This document shows positions 18,985 to 27,729 of a stretch of 64,000 nt of DNA, piece after piece. How positions within the stretch are numbered: the first letter of the stretch is position 1; the number at the start of each line of letters is the position of its first letter. The notes below the pieces were generated by a model, which did not search any database, was not told the DNA's origin, and was given only the letters and a program-made list of their open reading frames with translations. Made by a program: the position numbers and the translations under genes. The DNA is from Thermoleophilia bacterium (GTDB taxonomy: Bacteria > Actinomycetota > Thermoleophilia > BMS3ABIN01), in the NCBI GenBank assembly GCA_014874265.1, contig JACWAM010000109.1, forward strand, positions 4,808-68,807, read 5' to 3'.

Positions 18985-20289
18985 TCAATCCATATCCTTT
19001 TTTGACATTTTGGAAGATTTATAACCATTTAACCTGAACAGTCGCCTCATTGATTCCACGTACAGATAGCCGCCCCGTTCATTTGAGGCCCTTTTTAGCT
19101 CCACCGTAGGGCCATGCAAGATCTTGTTGACGATGCCGGACGCCATCGCTTCGATCCGGTTGCGGTCATCTTCCGAGAGCTCACCGTCAAATCTGGCCAG
19201 TGTTTTGGCCAGCTCCGCTTCCTTGACATCTTCGGCCATCGCCCTCAGCGCTGTTATCGTCGGCACCACATCCAGGCTTGAGAGCCACCGGCTGAAGCTC
19301 TCCACTTCCTCCTCGATAATCTTTTCCGCCTTCTTTGCCTCTTTTTGACGAGCGGCGGCGTTTGCCTCGGACACCTCGCTCAGATCATCAATATCATAAA
19401 GAAATGCATTGTTAACCTCGTTAACACCCGGCTCGATATCACGGGGAACAGCGATGTCAATGAAGAAGATTGCCCTGTGATGACGCCGGCGAATCGCCCG
19501 CTCCACCTCATTCTTGTGCACTACGTAACGGGAAGCGCCGGTTGAGCTGATGACAATATCCGCCAGTGGCAGGTATTTGTTTAAATCATCAAACGGAATC
19601 GCGGTGCCGTTGAATTTTTCCGCCATCTGCTCTGCATGACTGAAAGTCCGGTTTCCCACAAATATGCCGGCAATGCCATGGGAGAGAAGATGGGTGGCGG
19701 TTAACTCTCCCATCTTGCCCGCCCCCAGCAGCAGCACCGTCTTGCCCTCCAGATCGCCGAATACTTTTTTGGCCATTTCGACCGCGACGGACGAAACCGA
19801 GACGGGGTTTTCGCCAATCGCCGTCTCGGTCCGCACCCGCTTGCCCGCCTCCAGCGCATGGCGGAAAAGGCGATTGAGAAGGACGCTCGTGCTTTGCTGC
19901 TTGTGGGCCCGCCGGTATGCCTCCTTGATCTGGCCCATGATCTGCGCTTCCCCGACAACCATCGAATCAAGGCTGCTGGAGACGGTGTAAAGGTGGCGCA
20001 CAGCGGCATCGCCCTCATGAAAATAAGAGCAGCGCTTGAGTTCCCCGGGGTCGACGCCACCGATGTCAGACAGCGCCGCCACCACCTCTTTTAACCCGGT
20101 TTCCGGATGTGAAGCAACCATGTACACTTCAGTCCGGTTACAGGTAGAAAGCGGCACGACCTCAAGCACCCTGGAACCACTCAGCAGCCGTTGCGAGAGC
20201 TCGGAAGCCTGCTCCCCGCCAAGTGAAACTTTTTCCCGCAGCTCCACCGGAGCTGTCTTGTGATTTATGCCAAATACCGCGAGATGCAT
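18985..20289 (-). CDS. hemA: Glutamyl-tRNA reductase.
   Basis: LSTCNRTEVY active-site region and an NADPH-binding GAGKMGE motif. 434 aa. Confidence 0.85.
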   Translation of the reverse strand: MHLAVFGINHKTAPVELREKVSLGGEQASELSQRLLSGSRVLEVVPLSTCNRTEVYMVASHPETGLKEVVAALSDIGGVDPGELKRCSYFHEGDAAVRHLYTVSSSLDSMVVGEAQIMGQIKEAYRRAHKQQSTSVLLNRLFRHALEAGKRVRTETAIGENPVSVSSVAVEMAKKVFGDLEGKTVLLLGAGKMGELTATHLLSHGIAGIFVGNRTFSHAEQMAEKFNGTAIPFDDLNKYLPLADIVISSTGASRYVVHKNEVERAIRRRHHRAIFFIDIAVPRDIEPGVNEVNNAFLYDIDDLSEVSEANAAARQKEAKKAEKIIEEEVESFSRWLSSLDVVPTITALRAMAEDVKEAELAKTLARFDGELSEDDRNRIEAMASGIVNKILHGPTVELKRASNERGGYLYVESMRRLFRLNGYKSSKMSKKDMD

Positions 20290-20897
20290 TTGTCGATCTC
20301 CGTCTGCGCCGCCAGATCGCCGCCGGCGTCAAGAGCGGCAACGAGGTCAATCGCCGCCAGATCCGTCAGGCATTGTTTTTTTCGTTCCTGATCCTCGATC
20401 CCGGCCAGCACCCGCTGGCGCGCCTTTCCCAGCAACTCCACCGCCCGGGTCCATGCCGGCGGGAATTCTTCTTCCAGCTGCAGGCGCAGCCGTTTCGCCA
20501 GAGCTGGCAGCGCGCCGCCGGTTGACACCGTAATTAACAGGTCCCCGCGCCTGATCCGGGAGGGAATGTAGAAATTGCATTGCTCAGGCTTGTCGGCGAC
20601 GTTGAGAAGCATGCGCCGGGCGTGTGCCTCCTCCTCTACAGCCCTGTTGACAGCATCGTCATCCGTGGCGGCTATGGTCAGAAAGGAGCCCTCCAGGTCG
20701 CCCCAGCGGTAGGTACGGGCAATATACTCGTACCGGCCGCGCTGCTTTTCGAAACCTGCCGCGAGCGCCGGTGAAATCACCTTCACCCTGGCGCCACAGG
20801 CAAGGAGGTTCGTGACTTTGCGCAGCGCCACCTGCCCGCCGCCGATCACCGTGCACTGGCGGCCGTCCACCTTGAGGTTGACGGGGAAGATTGCCAT
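20265..20897 (-). CDS. sirC: Precorrin-2 dehydrogenase / siroheme synthase N-terminal domain (SirC/CysG-N-like).
   Basis: VNLKVDGRQCTVIGGGQVALRKV NAD-binding N-terminus. 210 aa. Confidence 0.7.
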   Translation of the reverse strand: MAIFPVNLKVDGRQCTVIGGGQVALRKVTNLLACGARVKVISPALAAGFEKQRGRYEYIARTYRWGDLEGSFLTIAATDDDAVNRAVEEEAHARRMLLNVADKPEQCNFYIPSRIRRGDLLITVSTGGALPALAKRLRLQLEEEFPPAWTRAVELLGKARQRVLAGIEDQERKKQCLTDLAAIDLVAALDAGGDLAAQTEIDKCISRYLA

Positions 20898-20902
20898 GAC
20901 AG

Positions 20903-21952
20903 CTACCTAACGTAAGAGTGCAAACCGGGCAGCAGGTAATTGACTCCGATGTACGTAAACAGCACCACCATCAGACCAATGATGGCAATTATTGCCGAGT
21001 GACGCCCCCGCCAGCCCCATGTCAGCCTGGTGTGCAGATAGGCGCCATAGAAGAGCCAGGTGATCAGCGACCAGGTCTCCTTGGGATCCCAGCTCCACCA
21101 GCTGCCCCAGGCTTTATCGGCCCAGATGGCACCGGTGACGATGGCGATGGTAACCATGGGAAATCCGAAGGCGATGGCGCGGTAGCTAACCTCGTCAAGC
21201 ACGTCAAGTGACGGGAGCCTGTTGGCGAAACTCGGCCTCGAAGCTCCCTTGCCGGCCAGCAGGCCCAAAAACAGCAGCCCCACGAGGCCGATGCCGCCGG
21301 CACCGAGAATCTTGTAGACATCGCCGCTGGCATACTGGTTGTAATACTGGCCGGCGGCGTTAACGGCTTCCGTCGGATTCGCCCATTCGAAGCCCATCCA
21401 GATGCCGATCGCCAGGCCGACGACGGCAAACATAAGCGTGAAGGCAATCACCACGTTCTGGTACCTCTTCTTAAGCAGATATTCCTGGACCACGTAGAAG
21501 AACCCGGCGCCGAAGGCAAGCGCAAAAAAGCCGTAAGAAAGCATGGCTATGGTGACATGGATCCAGAGCCAGCCGCTGTTGAGGATCGGCCGGAGCGGCT
21601 CGGGCCCGTTGTTGAGCACCAGAGCGATGCTCTCGATGACAAACGCGGTCGGTACCACAATGGCGCCGGCGGCGCGGATAGGGTAGATCCGCTCCGTGAT
21701 CAGATAAAAAAGAACGATGCCCCAGCTAAACAGGGACAGCGACTCATACGAATCGGTCAGCGGCGGGTGCCCGGAGTCCGCCCAGCGCATCCCCAGGGAA
21801 AGGGTGTGGGTGAACAGGCCCAGGATCAGCAGCATCGTCGCCAGGTTCGCGGCACGGCGGTTGCGGGTAATCAGAAACCAGATATAAACGGATCCCGCTA
21901 CCAGATAGGTAAGCAGCGTGACTATGGCAAAAATGCTCTCGAGCTTGTCCAT
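20903..21952 (-). CDS. ccsA: Cytochrome c-type biogenesis protein CcsA/ResC (heme-handling, WWD domain).
   Basis: Polytopic. Has a W-rich WGSWWSWDPKETW motif and conserved His residues. Confidence 0.75.
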   Translation of the reverse strand: MDKLESIFAIVTLLTYLVAGSVYIWFLITRNRRAANLATMLLILGLFTHTLSLGMRWADSGHPPLTDSYESLSLFSWGIVLFYLITERIYPIRAAGAIVVPTAFVIESIALVLNNGPEPLRPILNSGWLWIHVTIAMLSYGFFALAFGAGFFYVVQEYLLKKRYQNVVIAFTLMFAVVGLAIGIWMGFEWANPTEAVNAAGQYYNQYASGDVYKILGAGGIGLVGLLFLGLLAGKGASRPSFANRLPSLDVLDEVSYRAIAFGFPMVTIAIVTGAIWADKAWGSWWSWDPKETWSLITWLFYGAYLHTRLTWGWRGRHSAIIAIIGLMVVLFTYIGVNYLLPGLHSYVR

Positions 21953-21954
21953 CT

Positions 21955-23295
21955 TTACCGGGCCTCCTGTCCCAGTTTGAGCCGCAGTTCTTTAACAATG
22001 CGCTCAAAATCGCGCTCAAATCCCAATTTGGCCCGGTTGGTCCGTCCTCCCACCAGCAGCTGCCCGTCTTCGCCGGCCTTGATCCAGATGCGCCGCCGGG
22101 GAAGATAAAGCGCCACCATGATTGAAAGCATCATCAGCGTGCCGCCGACGTAGACCAGCGTCTTGAAAGGTTTGTGGTTCACTTCCAGAATGGATACCGG
22201 CGCGCCGGTGATTTGATCGTAATCGTAGCTCTTCTGGTAGAAGTTGGCCCCGTCGATCTCGAGGGGGTCGCCCTCTCTGATGGATTTGCGCTTGAGCGGC
22301 CGGTTATTCTCAAAAACCTGGATGTCACTGATAAAGGAAGAAGGCTGCAGATCAAAAACCTGCGTGATCTGGCTGATGTCGCCGCCGTCCTCACGCTGCA
22401 CCGTCTTCCCGTCGGCAAGCTGTTTGACCGGAACGATGCTGCCGTTCTTCAGCAGCGCTTTGCCTTCATATTCCATCTTAAACTGATAGTTGATCACCTG
22501 CAACGAAGTGTTCGGCACCGCCACCATCTGGCCATCTGGCACCGCCAGCGATTCGTCATAACCAAGCTGGCTGCTTAAGAGCGCTCCCGCGGCGATGAAG
22601 ATGAAGCTAACATGAAAAAACAGCGAAGCGAGCGGCGCAAAACGGCCTCTCTCGGCCAGCACCGATCCGGTCTTTCCCTGGTACAGCCGGTAATGATGAT
22701 CGCGGATGACCTGGCGCGCCGCATCCATCCCCGGCTCACCCGCCCCCGGAAACGCCGCCGCTTGCGGCTGGTTGGCAACAAATATGTCCTTGACATCAAC
22801 CTTTTGCCGGAAAGTGTGCCTGAGTGTCGCGGGCAAGCGGTTGGAGATGCAGAGAATCAGGCTGAGCACCAGCGTAAACAGCAGCGCCAGAAACCATCTT
22901 GACTGGTAGACATTAAACAGGCCGAGGCTGTTATAAAAATGATAAAGCGGACTTTTGATGATATCGGAGGTGAGGACGTCGTCCCCCTGGGGAAGGATCG
23001 TGCCGATGACCGAGACGATCGCGACCACAAACAGAAGCGTCACGGCCAGCTTCATCGAGATTAAAGTGTGAAAGACACGCTTTCCGGAAGCCAAGAGCAC
23101 CGCCAGCACGACGCCGATGTCCAGCACCGCCAGCAGCCAGTGCAGCCAGCTCAGATCGTGGACGCCGTTATCACGGTAATAGAAGACCGACAGATAGACG
23201 TCGAGAGCAAACAGCGAAAAAGCGACAATCGCCAAGAACATGACATCAGACGCCTTCCTTTCGATAGAAGGCTTGTTATTTGCCGCATGTGCCAT
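21955..23295 (-). CDS. resB: Cytochrome c biogenesis protein ResB/Ccs1.
   Basis: 446 aa. N-terminal TM helices, a large extracytoplasmic domain and a C-terminal TM. It is paired with ccsA. Confidence 0.7.
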   Translation of the reverse strand: MAHAANNKPSIERKASDVMFLAIVAFSLFALDVYLSVFYYRDNGVHDLSWLHWLLAVLDIGVVLAVLLASGKRVFHTLISMKLAVTLLFVVAIVSVIGTILPQGDDVLTSDIIKSPLYHFYNSLGLFNVYQSRWFLALLFTLVLSLILCISNRLPATLRHTFRQKVDVKDIFVANQPQAAAFPGAGEPGMDAARQVIRDHHYRLYQGKTGSVLAERGRFAPLASLFFHVSFIFIAAGALLSSQLGYDESLAVPDGQMVAVPNTSLQVINYQFKMEYEGKALLKNGSIVPVKQLADGKTVQREDGGDISQITQVFDLQPSSFISDIQVFENNRPLKRKSIREGDPLEIDGANFYQKSYDYDQITGAPVSILEVNHKPFKTLVYVGGTLMMLSIMVALYLPRRRIWIKAGEDGQLLVGGRTNRAKLGFERDFERIVKELRLKLGQEAR

Positions 23296-23600
23296 TGTTT
23301 CCGTTTCTGTTTAAACTCAAAATTATCGCCAAACGCGCAGGCGAAAGAAAAGTAAAAACACTTTTGCGCTTCGCTTATTCCAGCGGCGCATCCTGCCGGG
23401 ATTTTCGCTCGGTTGGTGTCGTTCTTCTTGCGAAGGCGCCCCCGATAATTATGCACGACTTCCGGCGGCGGGTCCAAACGGTCCGTCAAGAGAAAAGCGT
23501 TGTACCAGCTGAGAGCAGGCCGCGAGCGGCTTCGGCGCGATCCCGCCAGGCAGCTCAAGGAATTATAATGTTGATTATCCCAGGTAAGCTATGCGTCTGT

Positions 23601-23634
23601 AAAAAATGAGAAGAGGCACCTGACAGATGCCTCT
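23601..23634 (-). terminator. Rho-independent terminator on the minus strand, inside the heme-cluster gap.
   Basis: On the minus strand, AGAGGCA-9 nt loop-TGCCTCT is followed by UUUUUU (the plus-strand A-run is at 23601-06). Confidence 0.55.
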
Positions 23635-23677
23635 CTCAACGTTCTCTTCTACCAACCAGCCCAGCTTGGGTGGTTTT

Positions 23678-23705
23678 AAAGATTGTGAACATGATCACAA
23701 TCTTT
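23678..23705. promoter_or_regulatory. Perfect 10-bp-arm palindrome matching the Rex (or CRP/FNR-type) operator TTGTGA-N5/6-TCACAA.
   Basis: The palindrome is aaagaTTGTGAacatgaTCACAAtcttt. The core TTGTGAACATGATCACAA (23683..23700) matches 17 of 18 positions of the Firmicute Rex consensus TTGTGAAnnnnTTCACAA. Confidence 0.5.
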
Positions 23706-23933
23706 GCGGCACCCTTCCCATATTCATGCCCCGATTGATGATGGAGACGCATCTCAACACAAGACCCATCGCTTTCGCGACATTGCTTACGGGAGCGGCC
23801 CGTCAAAGGACCGTTTAATCAAAGTGCGCCTTCAACCTTCCCGTTTATGACGCTGCCAAAAAATTCCGCCTCCGTGACAACTTCCGCTACCGGAGCCCGC
23901 TTCATACCGCAGCTAATACCACCCAGGGGTATT

Positions 23934-23962
23934 ACCATAAGCTTTCGGCGACGGTTTGTCAA
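23934..23962 (-). promoter_or_regulatory. Sigma-70-like promoter on the minus strand (TTGACA-17-TATGGT), firing into the non-coding gap.
   Basis: Minus strand reads TTGACA (plus 23957-62), a 17-nt spacer, then TATGGT (plus 23934-39). It lies about 100 nt downstream of the ahbA stop. Confidence 0.4.
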
Positions 23963-24065
23963 TAATTTTTAACCCGTAAAAAGAGGAATTATTCAGGGCC
24001 CGAGCGGCTTTTCCGGCAGATTCCCAATTTACCGGAGCCCGGCCCAGCGATTCTGCCGGGCCAGC

Positions 24066-24548
24066 CTATTCGATAAAGTACTTCATGCTTATTTTCTTGA
24101 ACTCGCGGCTGCTGTACAGCAGCGAATAATTTTCGATGCCGGTCTTCCTTGCCAAATCAGCGGCCACTTTCTCGCATTCCTCCGGGCTGCCGCCATGGAT
24201 CATGGCAAACACATTAAAATCCCACTGTTCCGCCCGGGTCCGTTCATAGCAATGGCTCACTTCGGGAGCAGCCGCCAGAATGCGGCCAACCTCTTCGGAA
24301 CGGCCCTCCGGAACATCCCAGGCGCTCATGGCGTTGGCCGTGTAACCGAGGCGCTGGTGGCGCACCATGGCGCCGAAACGGCGGATTGTGCCCTCCTGCT
24401 TCCAGCGATCCACGCGCGAGATAACTTCTTCCGGGCTCATCCCTACCTGGGCGGCAATATCGACAAACGGCCGTGGCGTCAAGGGAATGCTCTCCTGGAG
24501 GAGTCGCACCAACTTTCTCTCGCGATCATTAAAAACCTTTGAGTTCAA
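24066..24548 (-). CDS. ahbA: AsnC/Lrp-like siroheme decarboxylase subunit (AhbA/AhbB family, NirD/L-like).
   Basis: 160 aa. HTH plus a ligand-binding domain. It sits beside a second paralog and two radical SAM genes in a siroheme context. Confidence 0.65.
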   Translation of the reverse strand: MNSKVFNDRERKLVRLLQESIPLTPRPFVDIAAQVGMSPEEVISRVDRWKQEGTIRRFGAMVRHQRLGYTANAMSAWDVPEGRSEEVGRILAAAPEVSHCYERTRAEQWDFNVFAMIHGGSPEECEKVAADLARKTGIENYSLLYSSREFKKISMKYFIE

Positions 24549-24640
24549 TGTTCAAAGTTCCAGGTTCAAAGTTCAAAGATTCCAGTTTCCAGTTGTCAGG
24601 TTAGGAGTTCACGCTGAACGTTAAGCATTAAACATTAGAT
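24541..24640. repeat. Degenerate tandem GTTCAAAG / TTCCAG repeats in the ahbA-ahbB intergenic region.
   Basis: gagttcaatgttcaaagttccaggttcaaagttcaaagattccagtttccagttgtcagg... Confidence 0.6.
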
Positions 24641-25084
24641 CATGGGCAGATCAACCTGAATCTTGAACAGGCGCGTTGCCGGAAGGTCGAGGACAGGACC
24701 AACGCCGGCGGCTTTCTCAATCTCCATCAGGATCTCGCCGATGCGCTCACGGCTGGGAGCAATCAGAGTAAACCAGACGTTATAGTAATGGTTGCGTTCA
24801 TAATTATGGGTGACATTGTGATATGAGTTTATCGCCGCCACCGCCTTTTCCAGTTTCTCCCGCGGCACATGCAGGGCGCAGAGGGTACTGGTGTAACCGA
24901 GCCGGCGGGAGTCAAATGACGCTCCCAGCCGCCGGATCTCACCGGATTTCATTATCTCCTCGATCCGGCTGATGACTTCCTGCTCGCTGATGCCCAGCTG
25001 CCGGCCGATGGCTGCGTAGGGACGGTCTGTTATCGGAAAATCCGACTGAATCAAAGTTATTAATTGCTTGTTAATTTCATCCAT
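24635..25084 (-). CDS. ahbB: AsnC/Lrp-like siroheme decarboxylase subunit (AhbA/AhbB family).
   Basis: 149 aa paralog of the previous gene (SDFPITDRPY.. vs ESIPLTPRPF..). Confidence 0.65.
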   Translation of the reverse strand: MDEINKQLITLIQSDFPITDRPYAAIGRQLGISEQEVISRIEEIMKSGEIRRLGASFDSRRLGYTSTLCALHVPREKLEKAVAAINSYHNVTHNYERNHYYNVWFTLIAPSRERIGEILMEIEKAAGVGPVLDLPATRLFKIQVDLPMI

Positions 25085-25096
25085 AACACAGTTCCG

Positions 25097-25192
25097 GCTT
25101 CAAAGTTTGAATTTCAAAGCTTGTCAAAAAAGTCTGGTTTCCAGAGTATCTGAAGTTACATATTTCAACTTGGAACTTTGAACTATCTTTTC
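25097..25192. repeat. TTCAAAG direct repeats with an inverted TTGGAACTTTGAAC partner, between ahbB and the radical SAM gene.
   Basis: cttcaaagtttgaatttcaaagc ... ttcaacttggaactttgaact. Confidence 0.6.
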
Positions 25193-26211
25193 GCCTTCGG
25201 CTGGTATATGCAAAACGGCTCTTCGCCGAGATAATCCCCGGTAAGTTCGTAGGCGCGAGCCCGGCAACCGCCGCAGAAACGGCGGTACTCACAGTAGCCG
25301 CAGCGCCCGTGATAGCCGTCCAGATCTCGCATCTGCCGGAAAACCGGCGAGCCGGCCCAGATATCGCCAAAGCTTTGCTCTTTCAGATCGCCGCATTCGA
25401 CGTCCAGGAAGCCGCAAATCTGAACCTTGCCCCGGTGCGAGATAAAACAAAATCCTTGCCCGCCGAGACAGCCTTTGGCCCGGGCGTCCATGCCGAAGGC
25501 CTCAGCCGTCACCTTCCTTCCCTCGGCGTGCGCCCGCTGCCGGAGAATGCGGTAGTAATGGGGAGCGCAGGTTGGCTTGAAACTGAGCGGCAGCCGGTCC
25601 CGCTGATCGTAAACCCATGCCAGTGTCTCCTCGTACTGCTCGGGAGACAGCTCCTGATCGGCAAGCTCGCGGCCGCGGCCGGTGGGCACCAGCAGAAATG
25701 GATGGAACGCCACCGCGCCCAGGTCTAACGCCAGCTGCAGGATGGCGGGAAGCTCGGCCAGGTTTCCTTTTGTCACAGTCGTATTAATTTGAAATTTAAT
25801 GCCCGCCCTCCGGGCGGCTTCGATACCTTTGATAACGTCGTCAAAAGCCCCGGGAACCTGGCGGAAATCGTCGTGGGTGGCGGCCGTGGCGCCGTCGATG
25901 CTTAAAGATATACGCTCGATGCCGGCTTCTTGCAGCCGCGCGGCGCTGACATCATCAAGGAGGCTGCCGCAAGGCGACATCACCATCTTCAGGCCCCTTT
26001 CCGTACCATAGCGGGCAATGTCATAAATGCCTTCGCGCATCATCGGGTCGCCTCCGGTGAGGATGACGATCGGCTGCCCCGTGGCGGCGATTTCATCGAT
26101 CACCTGAAAACACTTCTCCAGGGGCAACTCTCCCGGGTAGGGACCCTTCTCGGCGGCAGCGCGGCAATGACGGCAGGAGAGCCCGCAGCGGCGGGTGACT
26201 TCCCAAGCCAC
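25183..26211 (-). CDS. Radical SAM/SPASM heme-pathway enzyme (AhbC or AhbD family).
   Basis: CGLSCRHC CxxxCxxC motif and C-terminal auxiliary-cluster cysteines (CGFLDVECG...CGYCEYRRFCGGC). The track ORF extends to 26310 through a TGGATG repeat. The GTG at 26211 is a more plausible start. Confidence 0.7.
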   Translation of the reverse strand: MAWEVTRRCGLSCRHCRAAAEKGPYPGELPLEKCFQVIDEIAATGQPIVILTGGDPMMREGIYDIARYGTERGLKMVMSPCGSLLDDVSAARLQEAGIERISLSIDGATAATHDDFRQVPGAFDDVIKGIEAARRAGIKFQINTTVTKGNLAELPAILQLALDLGAVAFHPFLLVPTGRGRELADQELSPEQYEETLAWVYDQRDRLPLSFKPTCAPHYYRILRQRAHAEGRKVTAEAFGMDARAKGCLGGQGFCFISHRGKVQICGFLDVECGDLKEQSFGDIWAGSPVFRQMRDLDGYHGRCGYCEYRRFCGGCRARAYELTGDYLGEEPFCIYQPKAKR

Positions 26212-26478
26212 CAGGCGAATGGTGGATGATGGATTGTGGATGGTGGATTTTAAATGATTGTTTGTTTTTGGGGAATTAGTTGTCATAGATGGCTCAGGTG
26301 GCGTGCCCATTTCACTAAATTGATATACGTACTATTATTGTTAGTCGTTAATCGGGAGATTCAGAGCTCAAAATTCAAGGCTTCCAGCCCGAAGTTAATA
26401 ATTGCTCATACGACAAACTTTGTCCCAATCCAAATTTGTCTTTTCCCCGCTTAACAACAAGTAAATCTTACACCAGTT

Positions 26479-27702
26479 TCAACTTTGAACTTTGAACGCG
26501 AAACCTTGAACTTCCTCATCGGTCAGATAACAGGCCGGGTCCGGCGCCCAGGGGTCATTATGGACCAGATCGGCGCGCACCCGGAGCGCCCCGCCGCAGG
26601 CGTCGAACCATCTGCAGGTGCGGCAACGGCCGTGAATATGGCTCCGCCGGTCTTTAAGGCCCGCCATCAGAGGATCAGATGCGTCCATCCAGATCTCGCT
26701 GAACGGACGTTCATGCACGTTGCCAAAGCTGTAGTGCATCCAGAACTGATCCGGATGGACATTGCCGTCAAAGTCGATGTCGCCAAAGCCGACCCCGGAG
26801 CTGTACATGCCGCCGCCGTTCCATTTCAGCAGCCGCATCACCGATTCCGCCCGCGCCTCGTCCTCGGCCAGCAGTTTCAAATAAAGGTAGATGCCGTCCA
26901 CATGATTGTCCACCGTGAGGATGTCTTTCTCCAGGCCCCGGTCGTGCATATCCCTGGTCCGGGCCAGGATGATGTCCAGCGCATCGCGCGTCTCCTCATG
27001 AGTCAGGTCGTCGCTTTCCTTCCCGCGGCCGGAATAAACCAGATGGTAAAAACAGGCGCGGTCGATCTTTTCGGCCTCGATGAAATCAAAGATGCGGTGC
27101 AGGTCGCGGTAATTGTGCCTGGTCAGCGTCAGGCGCAGCCCCACGCGCTGCCCCGCCTGCTTGCAGTGGCGAAAACCGGCCATCGCTTTGGTAAAAGCGC
27201 CTGGCTGGCCCCGGAAGGCGTCGTTAACGCTGCCGATTCCGTCCAGGCTAATGCCAACGTAACTAAAACCGATTTTCTTGATCCTCCGGGCGGTCTCCTC
27301 GTTGATCAACGTCCCGTTCGTCGATAGAGTGGGCCGGATTCCCAGGCTGACGGCGTGGCCGGCCAGCTCAAACAGATCTTTTCGCATAAGCGGCTCGCCG
27401 CCGGAAAACAGCAGCGCCGGAATCCGGAACCGGGCCAGGTCATCGATCAGAGCTTTGCCTTCCTCGGTGGAAAGCTCTCCCTCGTATTTCTTGGCCTCGG
27501 AATCAGTGTAGCAATGAACGCATTTCAGGTTGCAGGTTCGGCTGACGTTCCAGGCCACCACCGGCCGCCGCTCCGCGGCTGACCGCGGCCGCCGGGGAAT
27601 GAGCGGGGCGCCCGCCATCGGCCGGCCCTGGCGCCCGTGCCCGTAGCGCAGCGAATCGGCCGGCGTATCACGGCCGCAGTAGAGGCGGGTGATGTCAATC
27701 AT
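26479..27702 (-). CDS. Radical SAM/SPASM heme-pathway enzyme (AhbC or AhbD family).
   Basis: CNLKCVHCY CxxxCxxC motif and a C-terminal HGRCRTCRWFDACGG cysteine cluster. 407 aa. Confidence 0.7.
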   Translation of the reverse strand: MIDITRLYCGRDTPADSLRYGHGRQGRPMAGAPLIPRRPRSAAERRPVVAWNVSRTCNLKCVHCYTDSEAKKYEGELSTEEGKALIDDLARFRIPALLFSGGEPLMRKDLFELAGHAVSLGIRPTLSTNGTLINEETARRIKKIGFSYVGISLDGIGSVNDAFRGQPGAFTKAMAGFRHCKQAGQRVGLRLTLTRHNYRDLHRIFDFIEAEKIDRACFYHLVYSGRGKESDDLTHEETRDALDIILARTRDMHDRGLEKDILTVDNHVDGIYLYLKLLAEDEARAESVMRLLKWNGGGMYSSGVGFGDIDFDGNVHPDQFWMHYSFGNVHERPFSEIWMDASDPLMAGLKDRRSHIHGRCRTCRWFDACGGALRVRADLVHNDPWAPDPACYLTDEEVQGFAFKVQS

Positions 27703-27729
27703 GTTATTCCTTTACAATCTTCTTGGTTT

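Noticed and set aside
23640-24060. Possible RNase P RNA, because of CCGGGCUCC-like strings in the non-coding gap.
   Set aside because: The GGGCUCCGGUA string occurs twice as a direct repeat. The other universally conserved RNase P blocks (e.g. ACAGNAACCCGGCUUA, the P4 partner) are not present, so it behaves like a local repeat rather than the P4 helix.
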